DNA from: the human T2T-CHM13v2.0 reference genome, Homo sapiens
Length of the DNA stretch: 64,000 nt
Assembly: GCF_009914755.1 (NCBI RefSeq)
Contig: NC_060927.1
Direction: 5' to 3' (one strand)
Below the pieces are notes generated by a model, which was not told the DNA's origin, ran no database searches, and saw nothing but the letters and a program-made list of their open reading frames with translations. A program made the translations under genes and the position numbers. This document shows positions 54,621 through 64,000 of this stretch, piece after piece; position 1 is the first letter of the stretch, and every line of letters starts with the position of its first letter.

Positions 54621-57600
54621 GTTATCCACAATATGCATTTAATGAATATATTATTATACATATACACAAACACACACCCACATATATATAGCCTCACATG
54701 AAAGAAGTTACCTCTACATACATATATGTGTGTAAAATTTGTGTAAATGTATGTGTTTAAGGGAGTGTTGTGGAGGGGTGTGTGTGCACAGCTTAAGTCA
54801 GGATGGAGAAATATGGTATCCTTTAGGTGATTTTTTTTCTAGCAGTATTTTTATATATTTCTATAATGGAATACTACTACAAGTAGTAGCTACATACGAA
54901 ATAAAAAGGAACAAAAATAACAGATAAAACCTATTCTGTCTAAATGTGTTTCAAGTGTTCAGATAAAAGGCAAGTGAAACAACCTAGAGAAGATGTAAAA
55001 AACCTTTTGGGAGCATTGTTTCAATAAAGAAAAGCCTTTCCATATTAATTATTGAGTAGAAATGATGGAAAAGGTAATGGGGAAAGAAGCAGAGAGGAGT
55101 GAAGAGCCACCCTACAATTGGTGATAATTTCCCAAGCTGGGCCTGGGAGTTATAAGTGAGATGTGCTCCCCTCACCAACCAAACCAGTGAAATATTATAG
55201 CACATTTTTCTCTCCCTTTTTCGGAGTGCCAGAGTTTTTTGGAGTTCCTGTAACAGACCAGGTTTTACTTGCTGATCCTTAACAGAAATTATTTTAAGGT
55301 AGGTCTTCCTAAACTATGGCCCAGGGAGTGGGGGGTTCAATGTCTTGCCCAAGGTCATATAGCAGGCAATCTGTGAGCTGAGATGCCCTTCACCAAGGGC
55401 ATGCCCTGAGATGCCGTTCGGGGCTCTCCATTTGCAAAGAGAAGAACCCAGGAAAGTGCAAAGAAAGTCATTGTCACTGTTACAGTGACCAAGACAACAC
55501 CTTGGTAATGTCTGGATAGAATTCTCTGAAAAATGGGGACAATCTGAGTTGTACAGGCAGCAACTGAGGGACATTTTTAGGAACCAGAAGTAAGCATTTG
55601 TGATTGTAAATTATTCAGGCTAGATATTTACAATGAGCAATTTAGCTTCAGGCCAATATTAACTTCCATTCCTATTACTATCAGATTAATTGCATTTTGT
55701 TGCTTTTTCTAAATACATGTCAAATCAGGAAACCTATAATTCAGCAGTTAGTCATTAAAGTAGCAGTGGATCTGCAACTGTGTTATCTGAAGCCCTTCTA
55801 AAAAATAAAATAAAAATCCAGGGCTTCTTTTTTTGGTCTAATAAACAGAGCATTAATAAAAAGCAACTAGGATATTCTTCCTAGGATGAAATATGTCTAA
55901 ATTGAAAAAGGCTTCAGATAAAAGAAATCAAGGCAAATAAACAAAAGATGATTGAAAGAAGTTGGATAAATTTGCATCTTAAATAATGCATCTATAGAAT
56001 CATAGAAAATACAGTTGCAAATTGTCATTTCAAGATTATACAAACCATTTTATACATTTTATATACATAGTAGTTACAAAAATAAGTTGGACTTAAAGTG
56101 GAGTTAGTATTATCTGACACATTTCAAATACTTAAGTACTAAAACATCATATTTCCTATGCATTACAGAAATTATATGAAAATGTGTATGTGTGTATCTC
56201 TCTTCATTTTTCATTGTTCTTCATGATCTCATGCCTTTACATGCAGCTAATATCAAGTACAGTTTCACAGCAAATCAATGAAACACAGTTTACATCAAAT
56301 GACCAGAGAGTTGCCAATTTCTAAAAAATCCCAGCATCTCTTGTGGATTGCTGACTTCAAAGACATGCATTAAGATTATTAAGCAAGTAATGATTGATTT
56401 ATTACATAACATTAAGAAATGTTTTCTTTGAAGCACAAATTAAAAGGTCATGGATGCCCAGATTTTTCTTCAGGTTGATAGTTAAAAATGCAGAATAGAT
56501 AATATTGCTGGCTATGAAGGACACATGAAGGGGATTTGAAGTAACTCTCCTTTCTGGGCAATATTTTAATGAAACGCTTAATATTCTGCAGTGGATTAAT
56601 GAGGCAGTTCTCTATTTTCAAACAATGGATGAACAATTAGGACCCAATCCTGAGGACAAATTGGTGTCGCTGTTATTTTGTGATGGTATTTAAAATGACC
56701 ATTGCTGTAGCAACAAGGTATTATTTAACAGGAATGAAAATAACCATTTACATCAAGCATTTCAGCAGAGATATTCTGGGAAAAAAAAATGTGGCAGCTG
56801 CTGTTCCTAGAAATAAAGCTGACATTTTCGGATGAAAGCAACCAGCTGAAACCTAAACATGCTTTGTGCCGTGTTCAGAAGTCACCCGAAATGCATGCCA
56901 ACGTGCTAAACACTCCCCATAAAGCCAGCAAGCTGTGGAATTTCTCACTCTGGTCTCAAAACACTCAGGGGAGAAGAGATGGGTGCAGATCTTTGAAGAG
57001 GTCAGATTTGAGAATGAACAGAATTAATTAGCCACATGAGAGTAAGGAAACCATACATCAAGTGTGGGAAAAGTTATCTACATATGGAGATTAACTGGGA
57101 AAAATTGATCTTCCAACCAAACTCAAAGTCCAATCCAAGACTACTCTAAACACCTGCATGTCCTAAATAATCAGGAACTATATTGCTCAGCAAGCTTGCA
57201 TAACAATGTAAACAGAATAATAAATTGTCTCTGATTTTTCCAGTGCATTGTTATGGAAAATGAGGATGAAAATTCTACGGGTGGTCAATGAGAATAAACT
57301 ATGTTTTACGCCCAAGAGTCAAATAAAAATCAGGGACTTTTCCCATACTTCTGTGAATTGTAATATATATTTACCTCAATGTCATCCCTGAGGAATATTC
57401 TTTCTAATTCTACCTCTCACACCTCTAGTCTTTTCTTCCCAGGTGCAAAGTTATTTTGCTTGCTAGTTGAGATAAGTTCTATAATTTAGTTTCCCCCCTC
57501 TTCCTCCCCCCAAAAAAAGACTATAGGACTAAATTGATAGGATGAAATGATAGGTTTAAAGAATAATTCATTATACCATCAAGATCTTGGCATGCTGATA

Positions 57601-57941
57601 GCTGAAAAGACTACTTTGAGCTGTCAGTTCTAAAGCACATACTTTTTCATTGTCTGACATGCCAAGTGCTTGATAGAATAATGAATTGTTCCCATTGACA
57701 TCACCATCGCACGTAACTCTTGGGCTCCATGCAGCATTTTTCAGGGGTGATGAATAACATCAATGTTCTTTCCATGGTGTGTAAAACTAGGAGGATGAGG
57801 GCAGGCTCAGGGACTGCTGAAGAGGAGGATGGTGGTTTAGGGATGGAGGGAAGAATGGAGGCAAGGTCAGAGGTATCATTAAGGTCAGACACAACTGTGG
57901 TGCATGTGATAACACCTCATAATTAAAAATGTATCATTCCA

Positions 57942-58450
<509 letters not shown>

Positions 58451-58770
58451 TTAGAATGGGTCATATACACATACCCAAGTTATACTCTGCTCCTAAAGCA
58501 TGATCATCCTTCTCTGCATCTCCAGGGTAGGCCAAATCTGAACCACTGTAGCCAAGGGAATGTCTCCTGAAGGCTGTAAGACCCACTGAGCAAACTTGTC
58601 CAGAGCCCCTAGTAACATTAAGAACTGGAGCTACAAAATGCTTAATACTGACAGAAGTCACAATCCACAGAGCTAGGCATTAATGCATTAGGCACTTACC
58701 ATTTGTGTAAATAACTTTTTTTCCTGCATTTAAAAGGCAGTCTTGGACTTTCATTAAGACTCTGGTTTCC

Positions 58771-59879
58771 TCTAGGCAATACCATTCAGGACACAGGCAT
58801 AGGCAAGGACTTCATAACTAAAACACCAAAAGCAATGGCAACAAAAGCCAAAATAGACAAATGGGATCTAATTAAACTAAAAAGCTTCTGCACAGCAAAA
58901 GTAACTACCATCAGAGTGAACACGCAACCTACAGAATGGGAGAAAATTTTTGCAATCTACCCATCTGACAAAGGGCTAATATCCAGAATCTAAAAAGAAC
59001 TTAAACAAATGTACAAGAAAAAATCAAACAACCCCATCAAAAAGTGGGCAAAGGATGTGAACAGACACTTCTCAAAAAAAGACATTTATGCAGCCAACAG
59101 ACACATGAAAAAATGCTAATCATCACTGATCATCAGAGAAATGCAAATCAAAACCACAATGAGATACCATCTCACACCAGTTAGAATGGCGATCATTAAA
59201 AAGTCAGGAAACAACAGATGCTGGAGAGGATATGGAGAAATGGGAATGCTTTTACACTGTTGGTGGGAGTGTAAACCAGTGCAACCATTGTGGAAGTCAG
59301 TGTGGCGATTCCTCAGGGATCTAGAACTAGAAATCCCATTTGACCCAGCCATCCCATTACTGGGTATATACCCAAAGGACTATAAATCATGCTGCTATAA
59401 AGACACATGCACACATATGTTTATTGTGGCACTATTCACAATAGCAAAGACTTGGAACTAACCCAAATGTCCATCAATGATAGACTGGATTAAGAAAATG
59501 TGGCACATATACACTATGGAATACTATGCAGCCATAAAAAAGGATGAGTTCATGTCCTTTGCAGGGACATGGACACAGCTGGAAACCATCATTCTGAGCA
59601 AAGTATCACAAGGACAGAAAACCAAACACCGCATGTTCTCACTTATAGATGGAAATTGAACAATGAGAACACTTGGACCCAGGGTGGGGAACATCACACA
59701 CTGGGGCCTGTCATGGGGTGGGGGGCAGAGGAAGGGATAGCATTAGGAGAAATACCTAATGTAAATGACGAGTTAATGGGTGCAGCAAACCAACATGGCA
59801 CATGTATACCTATGTAAAAAACCCGCACGTTGTCCACATGTACCCTAGAACTTAAAATATAATTACAAAAAAAAAAAAA
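58771..59879 (+). mobile_element. 5'-truncated L1PA (about PA4-PA6): ORF2 C-terminus, 3' UTR and poly(A)
   Basis: ORF2 fragment [28 protein letters not shown]...; L1PA 3' UTR; perfect 15-bp TSD aagactctggtttcc (58756-58770, 59880-59894). Confidence 0.95.
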
Positions 59880-60914
59880 AAGACTCTGGTTTCCAGATAG
59901 GGCCTTCTCTGGTTTCCAGGTAGGGGCTTTCTCTACCACATTCACCCAAGTAGTGAGTATTATAGTAATAACACCTGCTTCAGGAGTTCCCCTCCCCCTC
60001 CACTAAACAGCAATTAATTTTCTTAATTTTGTTATTTCAAAAAAAAAAAGGGGGCAGTTTTCGTTTCCCCTCTCTTGGTAGACATTTTCCTACTATCATT
60101 GAAAACACTGGATTATGTGAGTATTTCTTTCTGTCTCAGCCCATCTCTAAATACAAGTAGATGAATAATCCCCCCACTAACATGGGGTTAAGAACACATG
60201 CATTTTATATAAAGACTTTAGGATAAGGCACAGAAGAACCATTTTTCCATCAGAGCCACGAAGTGGCTATTTTATATAACATGAGTTCACATGTGTGCAT
60301 ATATTTGTATATATCCACATTTAATTTGTCATTTCATCATAGACTTGATGAGCAGAAGTCTAGACAAGATAGTTAGAGCTCAGATAACGTGTCCAAACTC
60401 CTCACTGAAAAGCTGAGAATGCTGAGGCCTGGGGAGGAAGGTTGGCAGACAGAGCCTTTTTAGTTAGTGAAGTTCTCAGATGATGTTGATAAAACTACCA
60501 CAAGGCAAAAGTTCCAGTCCTGCAGCCCTGGAGCATCTGCCAGTTTTCCCAGGGGGGCATCATTTGCCATCTGCTCTCACCCTTCTCACTGAGGGTCTAC
60601 CTCTCAGACTGTCAACCCATTACAGGGCCAAACATTCTGGGGTTGTAGACCTCAGTGGCCATTGGCATCATGGCATCTCAGATTAAAGTTTGGCACCTAC
60701 ACAAAGGTTTCTCTGGGGTACATGGGCACATGGCCTTGGCTTCCTATATGTCTGCATCTTCTTCCTGCTCTTCCTCCTCTCCCTGCTGCCTTACTATTTA
60801 TCGAGGCCTTGCCAGATGCCAGGCATTAATTGTGCTTTCTTACATTTCCCTGGGAAGAAGCTCCCCTGACTACACTACCCCTCAGTCTAAAGCGTTTCTC
60901 CTGGTCAGGAACAT

Positions 60915-61606
60915 TGTTGAGTTTAGCCTAGACTGGGCATGATGACTCACACCTGTAATCCCAGCACTTTGGGAGGTCGAGGCAGGCAGATGGCTTGAGT
61001 CCAGAAGTTCAAGACCAGCCTGGGCGACATGGTGAAACCACATCTCCACCAATAACAGAAAATAAATTAGCCGGGCTTGGTGGCACATGCCTGTAGTACC
61101 AGCTACTTGGGAGACTGAGATGGGAGATCACATAAGCCCAGGAGGTAGAGGCTTCAGTGAGCAGTGATTGTGCCACTGTACTCCAGCCTGGGTGACACAG
61201 GGAAACCCTGTCTCAAAAAAAAAGTTTAGTCTAAAGCTGCCTTCTCACATATTTAAAGTTCAGCCTAAAGGTTTCTACGTAGATGGGAAACTGTATCCTA
61301 TGATGGAGGTGTAAACAAATTGTAGCCTACTCTTGTGCCAATCACAGGGGCAATCGAAGGGGGCCAACTGTTCAAACCATGTTAAAACAAGACAAACACC
61401 AGGCTGTAACTAATCTGGCTGTTTCTTTACCTCACTTTGGCTTTCTGTCTATCACTTTCCTTTTTCTGTCCATAAATCTTCCACCATGTGGCTGCACTGG
61501 AGTCTCTCTGAGCCTACTCTGGCTCCGGAGACTGCCTGATTCCCGAATGTCCTTTGCTCAATTAAACTCTGTTAAATTTAATGTGGCTAAGGTTTTCCTT
61601 TTAGCA
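60915..61606 (+). mobile_element. MER57-type ERV1 solo LTR with an Alu inserted near its 5' end
   Basis: TG...CA ends with 4-bp TSD acat; aaagctgcc..cacatattt..gttcagcctaaaggtttct, ggccaactgttcaaacc, ctcaattaaactctgttaaattt. Confidence 0.85.
60931..61222 (+). mobile_element. AluJ-like element inside the MER57 LTR
   Basis: TSD agtttagccta/agtttagtcta. Confidence 0.9.
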
Positions 61607-61749
61607 ACATATTCTTTCCCTTCAGGGTACTTCTCTCCCGTTATCCTTACATACTCTCACTTGTGTGATTACCTGACTAATATCAGTCTCCCCTATTCCT
61701 TACCATTGTGTTCTCAGCAGAGTGCCTCATACCTGGAATGAACAAATAG

Positions 61750-61915
61750 CTCCTCACAACCACCTGATGAGGTTGGGTCCCTTAATACCCTCCATTTACA
61801 GATGAGAAAGCTGAGGCTCAGTGAGCTTAAGTGGTTTGCCTTAGGTGTACATGTAAAAAGTAGCAGCACGGGGTGCATTTGAGGCCAGAGCCCATACTTT
61901 CACCCGTCTCCCACA
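61750..61915 (-). mobile_element. MIR
   Basis: cctcacaaccacctgatgagg...ccatttacagatgagaaagctgaggctcagtgag. Confidence 0.7.
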
Positions 61916-64000
61916 CTGCCACTCCTCATGAGTCTGCAAAACCCCTCTAATTTCTGTCAAGATGTCATCTGCATGCACTTGCCAAACATCACTCACTACC
62001 TTATGGAAGACTCTCGGTGGATGTCAAGATGTCTTAATGGGTGAAGCGGGTGTTATCTTCAGGCTAACTTGGGTTCTCTTCCAAGGGTCAGGCACAGATC
62101 CCAACAGAGTAAATCCAAATTCTGCTACGATGTCTTACCACAGGGGTCTTCACTTGGACAAGATGCTGTTACCTAAGAAGCAACTAGTCAAGTCATTTCT
62201 GCAGGACTCCTGGCTGATGGGTGCTATCAAGTTCCAACAGGAAAGCAGACTTTTACACCACAGACTTTTAAGTGCTATTAGAATTAAACAGAAGGAGGAG
62301 GAAGAAAGGAACAAGAAGGAGAAGAAAGACAAAGAGAAGGAGAGCATATTTCCCAGCTATGGCCCTTTTCACTACTTTAAAAGCAAAACCATCAAAGAAT
62401 GGGCACCTTTCTATGGGTATGACTTTTATCCCCTTGTCCTCTAGATTTATTGCTTGCACCACGTAGCTTCCACCATAAAACTCTTCTTTCCAATAGACTG
62501 CTATCTGAATATCAAGAGCAAGACTCTCCAGTAACATATAATCTAGTAAAAAGTAAATATGATAGAATAACAAAGCGATTTCTGAAGGCAATTTATTTGC
62601 ATAGAGATACCTGAGAGGGAAAACCAAAATTCCATCTCAGAATCTGGTAATAATGTACTATGAGATGCTCCATCATCACATCTTACTTCTAATTTTACAG
62701 AAAAGCAGTTGTAGCAACTGGAAGAAAACCTCTCAGTCTCATTTCTGCAAGGTGAACCATAAACACTTCTAAATGCCTCATGTGTAAACTCTCTCCCAGC
62801 ACATTGCTGAATATCACTTGAATATTTGAAAAACGATATGTAGACAAAGATATTTTTCTAGAGGATTTACATTTTCCCATCAATGTAGAATTGCCCTTGC
62901 TGTGAATAAGTACTTGCTTTCTTTTCTCCCCATTTTCCACGTGCCTTAAGGGTTTGAAGGGTTGCTATGGATGATGTTTACTTGTTTCCTTAGTTTTTCC
63001 ATTTTCCTCCTCATCCTGCCTTATTTTAGCTGGCTTTCAAATGTTAATCCTGGCCTTTCCCTGCCTCACCTTAGGTCTGTTCAATGTGTCCCTAGTACTA
63101 CTCTCATTTCACTAGTCACCTGCTTCACTAGTCACATGGCTATACCACTTTAACTTCGGGTTTTCTTCTGGGACTTGCAACAGTCACCTTAAACTTCATC
63201 CCCTACCTGCTGATTCCTCATCCAATGGCCTTATATCAAACTGGCCTGATTTTGCTGGCACCTTTACTTAACACTGTGCCCGACTTGGATTTCCACCCAA
63301 GACAGGAGACACTTCCGCTGAATTGTGTCCTTGCCATTTACTCTCCAGATTTCTCTGGAAACTACGATTACTTTTTGCCTACTCTTGTCCTGCTGATTGA
63401 ATGACCTCAGCTTGAGAGGCAACAACACAGTGATGTAACTGGCTGGCATTCAACTTGGAGTAAGACAACAAAGGTCCAAATCCCTCAACCTTAGTTTGCT
63501 TGCATCTCCATGGTGTAGTATGGGGAGAATAATACCTGCAGTGTTGGCATTGCTGTAGCAGTGAAGTTCTTTCAGATTGTAAGGATGAGCTAATCCAATC
63601 CATAACCTAAATGTACTAGCAGCTTCATGGATAACTGGAAAGTGACTCATAATTGTACCCCATAGAGGAGGAACCCCAGTAGCTCAGATCTGGTGTCTTT
63701 GTCCCAGGAACTTTGGCATTCTCTTTGCACCTCACCTTCAAATGTCCCCAGCAGAATGGCTCTGGATGGGTCATTTATTTACCGTTTATCTCGCAGCCTC
63801 TTGATTGAATAGACTTTGGCTCAGCTGTTGATTCCTGGTCCAATTAACAAGAACCAGGTATCACAGTTGATTTAACTCAACAAATAAGATGCAACTGACC
63901 AGAACAACTGCATGGTGAAGGCACTGCCTGGTCCCCCTTTCCCCAGAAGGCGGCTTTAGCCATGGCAAATGCTTAGGGTAGCCTGCCTGGAGTGGGATTC

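Noticed and set aside
59141-59659. ORFs with real protein similarity ([11 protein letters not shown]..., MIDWIKKMWHIY...)
   Set aside because: Disrupted L1 ORF2 C-terminus of a 5'-truncated L1PA; not a host gene
62268-62627. Minus-strand ORF with an apparent C-terminal transmembrane segment
   Set aside because: The hydrophobic run is the antisense reading of the GA-rich tract; non-ATG start

Overview
Primate (human-like) euchromatic DNA: AluJ/S/Y, a young L1PA, MIR/L2/L3, MaLR/ERV LTRs and hAT MER elements make up a large part of the window. The main landmark is a CpG-island promoter at about 24.2-25.7 kb. Its GC-box/E-box/CCAAT order and a strong donor (CACG|GTGAGC at 25059) indicate a minus-strand gene whose first exon ends at 25059, so 1-25058 is probably its long first intron. 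I could not identify the gene. No protein-coding exon is confidently recognisable, and most ORF-track entries are repeat-derived or chance ORFs. The most unusual structure is a 103-bp, 94%-identical, ungapped inverted repeat in sequence I cannot assign to any repeat family (7845-7947 / 8341-8443), close to a candidate non-coding exon. Other points of interest are a ~2.3-kb fossil CR1/L3 ORF2 with nested insertions, a CpG-rich intronic element at ~5.2 kb, a possible antisense first exon with a G-quadruplex, a 22-bp tandem repeat and a Kozak ATG in exon 1, and a strong retroelement orientation bias. Repeat subfamily calls are from recalled consensus features, not a database search. I see no solid evidence for a new multi-gene system.
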